32,000 nt of DNA from Trichodesmium erythraeum IMS101 (lineage in GTDB: Bacteria > Cyanobacteriota > Cyanobacteriia > Cyanobacteriales > Microcoleaceae): the NCBI RefSeq assembly GCF_000014265.1, contig NC_008312.1, positions 180,001 through 212,000 of the forward strand, written 5' to 3'. The position numbers were made by a program, and so were the translations under genes. Numbering within the stretch: position 1 is the stretch's first letter; each line of letters starts with the position of its first letter. Shown here one piece after another: positions 18,506-27,805 of this stretch. Under the pieces are notes generated by a model that searched no databases, was not told where the DNA came from, and saw only the letters and a program-made list of their open reading frames with translations.

Positions 18506-19444
18506 ATGGCGCTTAATGAACTTTCTCTACAGACTCCTATTGCTGATATTTCCACAGCGCAAAAATTAATGTCAGAGTTAATTCAAACTTTACGCCAAGT
18601 AAAAAGCCTAGGTATAAGACTGATACTTCGGACTCACAGTAATATTAACAATATAGAACTTGTTTGTGATTATCCTATAGCAAGTTTGCGTAACGACAAA
18701 ATAGTAGATTTAGAGGAGCGTAGATTTTTCCGTAGTCTAACTCTAAAAGCTCCTTTTTGTGAGGATGTTGTCCCAGAAATTAAAAATAAATTTGATGTGT
18801 CTGAAGTTCGGCATCAAGGAACATTAGTAGAGGGTCTTCATTTTGCTTTAATTAGTGATTATCTTGCGGTTAGTTTATTATCTGAACCCAAATGGGATAC
18901 AGATTTTTTGGATATTCAGGTAACAGAATTAGACGAAAATATAGAGTTAATTGACCAGTCCGAAAAAATTGTTCATGCTAGTCGCAGTCGCCATGTAAAA
19001 CAACATACCGAATGGATTAAAAACCACATCGAAAATAAATTATTTGCCGGGCAAGTTGATGGAGAAGTCTTATGGGAAAGAAGACAAGAATTTTTTCCGA
19101 ATTTAATCTTCTGTGAACAAGTAGAACAACAGTTACAACAACTAAAGAGTGGCGACTTAATTTTGCAACAAATAAAGAAACGGTTATTAGACTTAGAAAA
19201 ATACTGTAAACTTTGGAAAAATGGAGCTTTTAATCCCAATATTTTACCAAGCAAAACAACTCCAGAAAGTGACTCAAGAATTCAAAAGTTTAGACAAGAA
19301 CTAACTATTAAATGTCCGGATACTAAAGAAAGTCTTTTTAGTTGGCATCTACGGATGACTCCTGGTGCTTGGCGACTTTATTTTTCTGAAGAGTTAGGAC
19401 CAGGAAAAATAATCATTGGCTATATAGGTACTAAGTTACTTTAG
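18506..19444 (+). CDS. hypothetical protein, third gene of the DUF262/ATPase operon, with a RelE/Gp49(HigB)-like C-terminal motif
   Basis: Intact 312-aa ORF starting 17 nt after the ATPase gene. I recognised no family for the N-terminal 240 aa. The C-terminus WHLRMTPGAWRLYFSEELGPGKIIIGYIGTKL resembles the R..YF....I.I..IG.H/K ending of RelE/ParE/Gp49 toxins. Confidence 0.7.
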   Translation: MALNELSLQTPIADISTAQKLMSELIQTLRQVKSLGIRLILRTHSNINNIELVCDYPIASLRNDKIVDLEERRFFRSLTLKAPFCEDVVPEIKNKFDVSEVRHQGTLVEGLHFALISDYLAVSLLSEPKWDTDFLDIQVTELDENIELIDQSEKIVHASRSRHVKQHTEWIKNHIENKLFAGQVDGEVLWERRQEFFPNLIFCEQVEQQLQQLKSGDLILQQIKKRLLDLEKYCKLWKNGAFNPNILPSKTTPESDSRIQKFRQELTIKCPDTKESLFSWHLRMTPGAWRLYFSEELGPGKIIIGYIGTKLL

Positions 19445-19702
19445 CTAAAATAGTGACAATATTTTTGAGAATAAAGTGCATATTGTTTTTTTTAAATCAG
19501 ATATAAATCTATATTCAGGTTTTTTATGATTCTAAGAAAAAAGCCCTGAGCGCGAATACTTTATATCCTACTTTTGCTACTATTTAATGCTTTTCTCCTT
19601 CTTTACTATTTTAAGAGTGCCCTTAAAGCTATTCCCTTTTTAATAGCGCGAGTTTTTCACATCCCGAATAAAAACACTATATATTCATATTAACTAAAAT
19701 TA

Positions 19703-19894
19703 ATGAGCAAAAATTACAACTTTCTCATTACCCAATTTTCCTATGTTTTTGGTATTCTCAGCATTTTAACTTTATTAGTATGGATCCTAAGAGGGTGGAA
19801 AGTCCTCTCATTTTTACCAGGAGGAGTGCTTTTATTTCTAATTTTTATATCCATAGTAACTGGCGTCATTAGTCTATTACAAAGACCACGGTAA
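19703..19894 (+). CDS. possible small membrane protein with two predicted TM helices
   Basis: 63-aa ORF with two hydrophobic stretches (FSYVFGILSILTLLVWIL and LPGGVLLFLIFISIVTGVISLL). No recognised family. Confidence 0.35.
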   Translation: MSKNYNFLITQFSYVFGILSILTLLVWILRGWKVLSFLPGGVLLFLIFISIVTGVISLLQRPR

Positions 19895-19937
19895 CTACAA
19901 CTTTTTTCAAATATTTACTTATACTATTTTTTACTCT

Positions 19938-21053
19938 TTATAATTCTCGGTCTCTTGCCATTACTTCTCCTACTGTTACATTTAATTGTGATCCAATTAA
20001 CACTACAAATGAACTAATATATAACCATAACAACAAAATAATAAAAGTACCAATAGCTCCATAAATTCGGTTATAATTACCAAAATAAAAAACATATAAA
20101 CGAAACAAATTAGAAGCTGCTGCCCACATTAATGCTGCAATAATTGCACCAGGAATTATAGGTGTACCTTTCCTTCTATAACTCGGGCCAAAACGATAAA
20201 CAAAAGCAAAAGCTATTGATACTATTCCTAAAGTAATCGGCCATCTTAATTGATTCCAAGTCTCTAATAATCGCAACTTTAAAACACAATTATTAATAGG
20301 TTTTTGAAATAAACAACTAGCAACCTGATCAGAAGGGCAGTTAGGTAAAATTTCTAGTAAGCAACTTTGTCGGGAAATCATGTATACAATTAAGTCACTA
20401 ACTAATACTAATCCAGAGGCAATAATTAATAGTATTAGAGTACCAATAGTCAGTCCTAAAGAAACTAACTTTGCTTTCCAAAAAGGTCTTTTTTTATCAA
20501 GAGGAACTTGATGAATTTCATCAAGTGCTGCCATTGCAGAACTAAGTACACTAGAAAATAGCCAGATCGATAAAATAAAACTGAAAGAAAATATTTTTTT
20601 GTTGGGAGACCTCTGAATTTCATAGACAGCACTGCTAATTAAATCTTGCACTTGATTTGGCACTATATCTATTAGTAAACTTCCCATTTGAAAAAGGATT
20701 GAACTCAAAGATTCAAAGACTCCAATTGCCGCAATTATTGTTAATAATGCAGGAAATAAAGCTAGCATAGCACTATAGGCCATCTCAGCAGATAAACCTG
20801 ATAATCTCTTTTTAGCAACACAATTAAAGACTTCCTTAATAGTCGTGAAATTCAGATGGAGAATAAAATCAAAAAAGTGGGTTATTCCTCTTAGTATATA
20901 TTTAATGATAGCATTCAATATTGCCAATAAAAACCTATATTTATTTTGAGCAATTAGAGTTAATAAATATAAAAAATGTCGCCTATTTGTGCGCTTTAAA
21001 AATTCCCGCAATGTTACACAATTAAAGTTACGTAGAAAATTTATAAATCTCAT
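19938..21053 (-). CDS. YihY/BrkB-family inner membrane protein (often mis-annotated as RNase BN)
   Basis: 371-aa multi-TM ORF with the family N-terminal block KKRLSGLSAEMAYSAMLALFPALLTIIAAIG. The N-terminal 58 aa look like a duplicated or extended leader (see findings), so the true start is uncertain. Confidence 0.78.
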   Translation of the reverse strand: MRFINFLRNFNCVTLREFLKRTNRRHFLYLLTLIAQNKYRFLLAILNAIIKYILRGITHFFDFILHLNFTTIKEVFNCVAKKRLSGLSAEMAYSAMLALFPALLTIIAAIGVFESLSSILFQMGSLLIDIVPNQVQDLISSAVYEIQRSPNKKIFSFSFILSIWLFSSVLSSAMAALDEIHQVPLDKKRPFWKAKLVSLGLTIGTLILLIIASGLVLVSDLIVYMISRQSCLLEILPNCPSDQVASCLFQKPINNCVLKLRLLETWNQLRWPITLGIVSIAFAFVYRFGPSYRRKGTPIIPGAIIAALMWAAASNLFRLYVFYFGNYNRIYGAIGTFIILLLWLYISSFVVLIGSQLNVTVGEVMARDREL

Positions 21054-22232
21054 TGCTTTTACATAAAAAATATCATAAAAATTATGGGTATTTGAGAATA
21101 AATGAGTGAGTAACTACAACTTAAAAGTAAAAATTAATTATAGTAAGCATTTATATATTCGGTGCAGAATAGTTTGCAATTCAGCTTTTGAACATATTCA
21201 AGGAATTATCAAAAGTTAGCTTATCACCAATTTCATTTCCTAGTTGATACTGTAGAAACATAACTTTTAATTCTCCTTGAAGACTAATTACTTCTGCCTA
21301 GATAATGAGTAATAACTGATAACTATTTGAGTTTAGTTATCTGTAAAATAGTAAAGTAGATTCAAAATGGTGATAAATATTTGATAAATTGTTTACCAAT
21401 TATTTTTGAGATTTTTTTTTATCTTTATCTATGCTTACCTGTTTAACTGATAGCTGATAGCTGAATGCTTACAAATTATAAATTGATCAATCTCGAAATA
21501 TTGACCAAAGTAAATTATTGATTTTTTTCAGTTGAATACTTATTATTAATATAGTAGGGTACTAGCAGTAGTAGGGAATAAATTGGAATATATCTAGCCC
21601 TTTATCCTTGATTTTATTTTCATAACTACTTGAGATGAAATATTTATCCTGGGTTATTCCTCTAGGTGTAATAAATTTTGTTTTCTACCTATAGTGGTTT
21701 TCACTTTATGACTACAAAACTTCTCCCCTCTGCTTTATAGCTTCTGCCTTGAAAACAAAAAATGTGTGTATTTCTTGAATCATGAAAACTGCTATAAGTA
21801 ATGATATTAACTTGGAGCTTGACTTATGCAAAGCAAGCCCAGAAATCTAGTTTTTTTATTTTGGGTTATGAATGTTAAAAACAATGATTTTTTTGTAGAA
21901 ATAGAATATAAGCGTAGGTGAGTTCTATTTATATAGTGCTAAATATATTTAAGTAACGAAAATATAAAATAGGGAGTAAGGATGAATTATAAGTCTTTTT
22001 TATAAACTAGAATTATTATAAAATATTAAATTAATTGTAATCCAAAATTAGCCATAATAAAGGGTATCAAAAATATTACCTACTATCTATTCCCTATTCC
22101 TTCTTGTCTACTACCTAATCACAACCTCTTTGCCACTAACAAATTAATTCAAAATTAGTTTAAAATTGTAGTGGTAACCTGACTTGAAAGTATCACTCAA
22201 TTAAATGGACACCTTAGAATCTCAAATCTGAT

Positions 22233-22853
22233 ATGACTCAGGATATAACCCCATGGTTAAATGAAATTAAAGCTCTTCAAGAAAAAATAGTTGAGCTACA
22301 AACAAAAGTAAATGTAACTCAAGATACTGTTTCTAAGTGGCTTAAGCTATATAATATTGAGGCTAAACAACGAAGAAATGAAGCTCAACAGAGTCAAGAA
22401 ACTATTGATAACTTAAAAACCAAACTTCAGAAACTACAAAAAGGTTTTTCTTTTGCTAAAGACAATAGAGATGAAGTTATGACAACTATTGAAGAGCAAA
22501 TTGAAGATTTACAAACCTTGGATCAATTTAAGGCCAAAATTATTGAGGTGAGTCAAGAACGCGATCGCTATCTTGAAAAACTCCAGGAATTAACCAAATG
22601 TCTTCAGCAAGAGCAAACCAGTCATGGAAATACTCGTAGAAGTTTAACAAATGCCTTAGCAGATGCAGTAGATCTTTTGGCCAAAGCTAAAGCAGCTAAA
22701 CAGCAAAAATCAGAAACTACTCCTAATATTCAGCTAAAAACAGAAATTAATCATCAAAATCAAACATCTGTCCAATTGCAGGAACGCTTTTATCCTGATA
22801 TTTCCCAGTTATTAAACAACGAAGAACCATCCCCCCGCTTACCTGAATATTAA
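22233..22853 (+). CDS. hypothetical coiled-coil protein
   Basis: 206-aa ORF with heptad-like, Q/E/K-rich sequence. It contains a HIP1 site (22562..22569), consistent with native DNA. No recognised family. Confidence 0.5.
   Translation: MTQDITPWLNEIKALQEKIVELQTKVNVTQDTVSKWLKLYNIEAKQRRNEAQQSQETIDNLKTKLQKLQKGFSFAKDNRDEVMTTIEEQIEDLQTLDQFKAKIIEVSQERDRYLEKLQELTKCLQQEQTSHGNTRRSLTNALADAVDLLAKAKAAKQQKSETTPNIQLKTEINHQNQTSVQLQERFYPDISQLLNNEEPSPRLPEY
22562..22569. repeat. HIP1 octamer GCGATCGC
   Basis: Exact match, inside the coiled-coil ORF. Confidence 0.95.
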
Positions 22854-23258
22854 GTGATTAGCCTTGCCCTTCCTTATTTGATTATCAGCATGGTAAAATA
22901 AAAATAAATAAGTTCCACGCAAAATTAAATACCAGAACCGACTTTCTACATACAGTATTTTCCATTATTACAGGGTATAGTAGAAATACTTAGTAAACCA
23001 TTTTTTTCAAAATTAATGATTTATTAACACCAAGTTCACATAAATGGTTATATAAACCATTTGTGTTATAGTTGGAGGTAATAATTAAAGTATCTAAAAT
23101 CCAGTAATAGAGTGACTTATGAAAATCACTGACTCAGCAATTTAATAGTATCATTCTCAATAATGACGAAAATAAAAGCTTGTAGCCATTTATAATTGAG
23201 AATATAATTAGGAAAGTAATGACTAGAAATGCTTATAAGTAAAAACTTATACCATGTA

Positions 23259-24305
23259 CCGTTGAATACTTAAACTTTGGAGGCAATAAGGCAGGACGCT
23301 CTGTGACTTTCAGCAGAATGATAGAATTGGTACTTACAGTCGTTAGTTTTTTTGATCACTGATTATCCGGACATGATACTATCAACTTTTAAATAAGACT
23401 TAAATGCTTAAAGTTGAAAAAAAACTTCGTCAAAAATATTTCAATTGCAACCACCATAATTCAATGGAATAAGTCACGAGAGTATGGAGATAAACTTAGG
23501 ACTTTAGCCCTTATAAATTCAACTATATCTTCAATTAAATCTAGTTTGTGTGCAGGTAAATTATCCATAACTACAACTCCTCTAACCATAATTTAAGTAG
23601 TAAAAAATACTCAATAAATGCTTCAAATGTTAATAGTAAAATTAAATTATTTATCCTCGTTAATAGCTACTATTTTTTTATTAGTTATAGCTTAAATTAC
23701 TGCAACTTTTTTACCTATAAAAATGCTTGACTTTCATATTATTTGCAACCATTATCTGAACTTGTATGAGTTCTTTTCAAACCTAGTATAAACCTAGTAT
23801 TACTTCTATTTTATATAAAAATATCAAGTTTGATTTATTGCTTTATATCTTTTACCTTTTACCGCTACTATACTCTTAATTTCGGCAATTTTTTTTGTTG
23901 CTGCTTGTCTACTGTTCAATATTTTGTTTATTTTACGGCTTAATTCCAGTTTTTGTAAAGCTCGAAAAATAACAGTCAGACTTAGCAAATTTTCCGCTTT
24001 AAATGTAAATAACTAACATAATTCTACCTTAGTTGCATCTAGATTTTATGATGCTTTTCCTCTGATTTTTTTAAGATTACCAAATTTTGTTTTCCCATCT
24101 TTTAATAGTTATAAATTGTTATATTATTTATATTGTTTTACCATTTTTTTTCCAACCTTTAGTGACAATAAAAATTATTGCTACTTGCCGAATTAATATT
24201 TTCTAATTCAGACGTGATGCAACTATTTTGTATCAGATATTTGTTGAATATAATTTCATAACAAATCATCTTAATTATTGTTTCTAAGTTTACTATCAAA
24301 TCCGC
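23259..24305 (-). mobile_element. decayed IS630/Tc1-mariner-family insertion sequence (transposase pseudogene plus imperfect terminal inverted repeats)
   Basis: Minus-strand translation gives family-like pieces broken by stops and frameshifts. These are MKLYSTNI*YKIVASRLN.. (start near 24259), ..IFRALQKLELSRKINKILNSRQAATKKIAEIK.., the DDE_3 core RGVVVMDNLPAHKLDLIEDIVEFIRAKVLSLSPYSRDLFH*IMVVAIEIFLTKF, and the tail ..KKTNDCKYQFYHS. The ends CCGTTGAATACTTAAACTTTGGAGGCAATAAGG (about 23259..) and the reverse complement of 24272..24305 (CGGATTTGATAGTAAACTTAGAAACAATAATTA) are similar. Confidence 0.7.
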
Positions 24306-24810
24306 GGAAGCTTCTATAAATTTTTTACTAAAATTATTAATGAAAACTAAGTAATAGTTTTAAAGAACTTTAATGTTTCTCGAGTACTTAAAAACCGTAA
24401 CTATCTTCTAAGTTTTTGGTTGGTGTTGGTTGATTACCCCGTGATACCAAATCCAGTTATTAGTAGCTTAGTTAATTAAGTAAAAAATCCTGATCAGATT
24501 TGGGTTTTTAATTTGTGAATACCTCCTAATTCAATCATATTTGGTATGAAAACTCAAACAACCTAATAGCTAAGTCTATAAGTCTAGTAAAGGAAAGAAT
24601 CCCCATACCTTTAGGGCTAATACAGTTCAGATAAGACCAAAACTATTATATTATGGAACTATTAGAGTAGCTCTTCAGACTACTGAAGTGCCAAAAAAAG
24701 ACTTAACTGAAACCTATTGCCTTGAGGTCGGGGAAGACCTCAACAATTGGTAAAGATTAGAGAAAAAACTTAATTGTCAAACCCAAAATATTTTTCTTCT
24801 GGGAACTTTG

Positions 24811-25995
24811 TCATAATCCCATAATTTTAGCAACTGCCTCCGTAGTTGGCTCTATTCCCTGGGAAAAGTGATCATTATGGCTATGTTTAATTGCTACATC
24901 TGGGTCTTTAAGACCATGACCAGTAAGCACACAAACTATCTTTGCTCCTCTGGGAACTTGGTCTTTAATCTTGAGTAAACCAGCAACAGAAGCGGCACTA
25001 GCAGGCTCACAAAAAATCCCTTCATTAGAAGCCAATAAACGATAAGCTTCTAATATTTCCTCATCAGTAACAGCAGTAAAACTTCCCTGACTAGCTTTTT
25101 GAGCTTCTATTGCTTTTTTCCAACTAGCAGGGTTGCCAATCCTAATAGCACTGGCCACTGTTTCTGGATGAGCTATAGGATAGCCTTTAACAATAGGTGC
25201 TGCTCCTGCAGCCTGAAAGCCCATCATTTTTGGTAGGCGATCGCATTTTTTACTTTTATGGTATTGACAAAATCCCATCCAATATGCAGTAATATTTCCG
25301 GCATTTCCCACAGGAATACATAACCAATCTGGGGCATCGCCTAAAGTATCCACCAGCTCAAAAGCACCTGTTTTTTGACCTTCCAGACGATAGGGATTAA
25401 CTGAATTGACCAAAGTCACGGGATATTTCTTAGCCACATCCTTGACAATTTGTAGGGCTTGGTCAAAGTTTCCCTTTATTGCTAAAACTTCAGCCCCATA
25501 TAACAAAGCTTGAGCTAACTTTCCTAGAGCTACATAACCATCAGGTATTAAAACAAAAGCTCGCATCCCACCCCGTAAAGCATAAGCTGCGGCAGCAGCA
25601 GAAGTATTGCCTGTACTGGCACATATTACTGCTTTAGCTCCTGCCTCTTTAGCCTTAGATATGGCTAAAGTCATGCCTCTATCTTTGAAACTACCCGTGG
25701 GATTGAGGCCATCATATTTAACAAATACTTCCACCTGTCTGCCTATTTTATCGGCGATGGCTGGCACAGGAATCAGAGGAGTATTACCTTCTTTCAGTGA
25801 CACCACAGGAGTTTCTTCTGTGACAGGTAGATAGGATCTATAGGCCTCGATCAAGCCAGGCCAACCTTGTAATTTTGACTGATAGGGGGACAATAATTTT
25901 GACTGATATGATAATTCTAAAGTCATCTTTAAAGTTTTGAATTGTTTAATTTGACTACTCTTAATACTGAAATTAGAGGAATTATAAGCTGACAC
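24811..25995 (-). CDS. thrC: threonine synthase
   Basis: PLP enzyme with the motif [11 protein letters not shown] (lysine site) and [12 protein letters not shown] conserved start region [33 protein letters not shown] is present. The ORF maximum is 394 aa; an alternative start at the ATG at 25926 (MTLELSY...) would give 371 aa. Confidence 0.9.
   Translation of the reverse strand: MSAYNSSNFSIKSSQIKQFKTLKMTLELSYQSKLLSPYQSKLQGWPGLIEAYRSYLPVTEETPVVSLKEGNTPLIPVPAIADKIGRQVEVFVKYDGLNPTGSFKDRGMTLAISKAKEAGAKAVICASTGNTSAAAAAYALRGGMRAFVLIPDGYVALGKLAQALLYGAEVLAIKGNFDQALQIVKDVAKKYPVTLVNSVNPYRLEGQKTGAFELVDTLGDAPDWLCIPVGNAGNITAYWMGFCQYHKSKKCDRLPKMMGFQAAGAAPIVKGYPIAHPETVASAIRIGNPASWKKAIEAQKASQGSFTAVTDEEILEAYRLLASNEGIFCEPASAASVAGLLKIKDQVPRGAKIVCVLTGHGLKDPDVAIKHSHNDHFSQGIEPTTEAVAKIMGL
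25237..25244. repeat. HIP1 octamer GCGATCGC
   Basis: Exact match, inside thrC. Confidence 0.95.
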
Positions 25996-26673
25996 TTCGC
26001 AACAAGATAAATGAGCCTTAGAACTTTTCTTCTTCGCTGACCAGATTTATATTCTTTGGGGACTAGTCAAAGTAACCTTACACAATAAAACCTATTAAAA
26101 ATCCTTATAGGCATTATGTTTTGTATAAATTGGTTAGATATTAGATGAAGATTTACGGCAGATTCCAAGTATATGAAGTACTCATATTAAAAAATGCCTC
26201 GCCGGAGTGGGTGGGGTTTAAATAAAACCTTTGTATTACAGGCACCTTAACTACGACAGCTATACTTCACCCTTGATGAAATCGGCTGTATTACTTTTTC
26301 AGGATTTTCAACATATTTCACCAGTTGGGCATACTCTCGAAGCTACTATCATTTGTATTGATTAGGCAATAATCAAAACAGCTAACTTACTTGACGAGAG
26401 TTTCAGGCTTACTAGCTTGGTTGAACGTATCGTATAGTTAATAGTTTTAATCGTAGTAATTTCATTTTTTAGTCTCATTTAATTATACCACAAAAAGTTT
26501 ATATCTATTCTGGGAATTGGAATTTAACTTTACTCCTTCTAATTTCTGACTTTAGCTATATCAGTGGGTTACAACGCACAAATTCTACCTAGTATCTAGT
26601 TGCAAAAGTTAATTTATTTATAGAATACTGCGAGTAGTTATATTTTTTTGGCCATTAAGTAAGCAATTGAGGA

Positions 26674-26755
26674 GTTCACAGATTCGTAACTTGAGAATCT
26701 CAAGCTTTTTATTTAGAAAAAAACGTGAACTCAAAGATTCTCGACTCAAGAATAC
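26674..26755. repeat. composite inverted/direct repeat cluster
   Basis: GAGTTCAC (26672..26679) and GTGAACTC (26725..26732) are complementary. CTTGAG-AAT-CTCAAG (26690..26704) is a hairpin followed by CTTTTTATTT. AGATTCGTAACTTGAGAAT and AGATTCTCGACTCAAGAAT form an imperfect direct repeat (14 of 19). Confidence 0.45.
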
Positions 26756-26795
26756 TATTACTAATTTTTACAATTAGACACTAGGATGAGCAACT

Positions 26796-26827
26796 ATTGT
26801 TGGCAATTTATTGTTGGCAACTGGCAA
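26796..26827 (+). repeat. tandem ATTGTTGGCAA x2 (14-nt period) followed by CTGGCAA
   Basis: Exact 11-mers at 26796..26806 and 26810..26820, with a third TGGCAA at 26822..26827. Confidence 0.6.
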
Positions 26828-27053
26828 ATCTACCCTAAATAAGAATTTAACTTTAGTGTTAATCAAGACTTTCTCAATAACTTTTTGGTCGATAACTTAA
26901 GGGATAAAAACTTAATCAAATTTCTATAAAGTCTACTAAAATCTCACTTACTTACCCCAATACAGCAATTGGAGCAAATGGTTGTAAAAATTCAAACACT
27001 AGAAATAAACTCCGAAACTCTTGCCCCGGCAGTCCCAAATCCTATTCCCTATT

Positions 27054-27106
27054 TCTCAAGAATCAGCAAGATTTTGGACAATATCAAAATAGGATTGCTA
27101 TATTTT
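27054..27106 (+). repeat. dispersed intergenic repeat family R1, copy D
   Basis: TCTCAAGAATCAGCAAGATTTT...AAAATAGGATTGCTATATTTTA parallels copy A. It is preceded by CCCAAATCCTATTCCCTATTTC, which contains the inverted GGATTTGG module and the AGGGAATAGG motif. Confidence 0.55.
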
Positions 27107-27238
27107 ATTAATTGTTTAGTATTAGCTTAATTGAACCCAAGATCTAATTTTGGAGGTTAAATTTTGATTTAATCAAGGTTAAATAGCTTAACTTGCTGTA
27201 ATCTATTCTTAGATAAAAACAATTTTAAGTGGGTATAA

Positions 27239-27502
27239 ATGGCTAATAACTTACTGATTTCTGAGAGCTCATCTAGTTTTTCTAAAGCTGATTCTTCTTT
27301 AGATGCTGCTAGAAAAGTACATGAAGAAGGAAAATCAACTAATCAAACCCGTACCTTAAAACAGATGAAGTCCTTATATCAAACAGATCAACAAGTTAAG
27401 TTGCTTCACCTTGAGGCAGAAATAGAAACTCTCTTATTAGAATTACGAACCATTAGAGAACGCAATTTAGTCTCACTGATTGAAAAAGAAGTCAGCCTAT
27501 AA
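27239..27502 (+). CDS. possible small hypothetical protein (Ser-rich N-terminus, coiled-coil C-terminus)
   Basis: 87-aa ORF with no recognised family. A good intrinsic terminator follows about 210 nt downstream on the same strand. Confidence 0.3.
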   Translation: MANNLLISESSSSFSKADSSLDAARKVHEEGKSTNQTRTLKQMKSLYQTDQQVKLLHLEAEIETLLLELRTIRERNLVSLIEKEVSL

Positions 27503-27715
27503 AAATTCTGAAGGCTATTATAGCTAAACTTGAGCAAAAAAAAAGAAGTAGCAAAAGCAACAAAATTAATTAATCTGGTTAGTAAAAAGATTATGATATA
27601 ATTAAGAAGTATCTTGCTACATACAGCCACCATTGTTTTGAACACAATTTACTAAAAATCACTAAATACTATTAGTTCTAAGCATTAGCTGTAAAAATAT
27701 TTCTGAGCTCAAAAC

Positions 27716-27749
27716 CGCCAGCAAAGTTTTTGAGCTGGCGTGTTTTTTT
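27716..27749 (+). terminator. Rho-independent terminator (CGCCAGC, 11-nt loop, GCTGGCG, then TGTTTTTTT)
   Basis: A 7-bp GC-rich stem (27716..27722 / 27734..27740) is followed by a T7 run (27743..27749). It lies 57 nt upstream of the desaturase ATG. Confidence 0.6.
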
Positions 27750-27805
27750 GGAGTAATAAATTTACTACATAACTATCAAAAAAAAACGGGGAATTTAAAC
27801 AATTT

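Noticed and set aside
18973-19254. 93-aa minus-strand ORF
   Set aside because: Antisense to the third gene of the defence-like operon. The Cys/Ser/Phe-rich peptide is typical of a mirror frame.
23414-23596. 60-aa plus-strand ORF
   Set aside because: The opposite strand of the same interval encodes the recognisable DDE core of the IS630 relic (VVVMDNLPAHK...SPYS), so this ORF is an antisense artefact.
24722-24743. 8-bp hairpin TTGAGGTC-GGGGAA-GACCTCAA as the thrC terminator
   Set aside because: On the minus strand the nearest T-run lies about 22 nt after the stem, too far for a canonical intrinsic terminator. The function remains open.
25607-25834. 75-aa plus-strand ORF
   Set aside because: Antisense to thrC.
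27406-27645. 79-aa minus-strand ORF
   Set aside because: It overlaps the 3' end of ORF 27239..27502 on the other strand. The peptide is hydrophobic and low-complexity, and there is no supporting signal. Neither ORF is strong, but this one is weaker.
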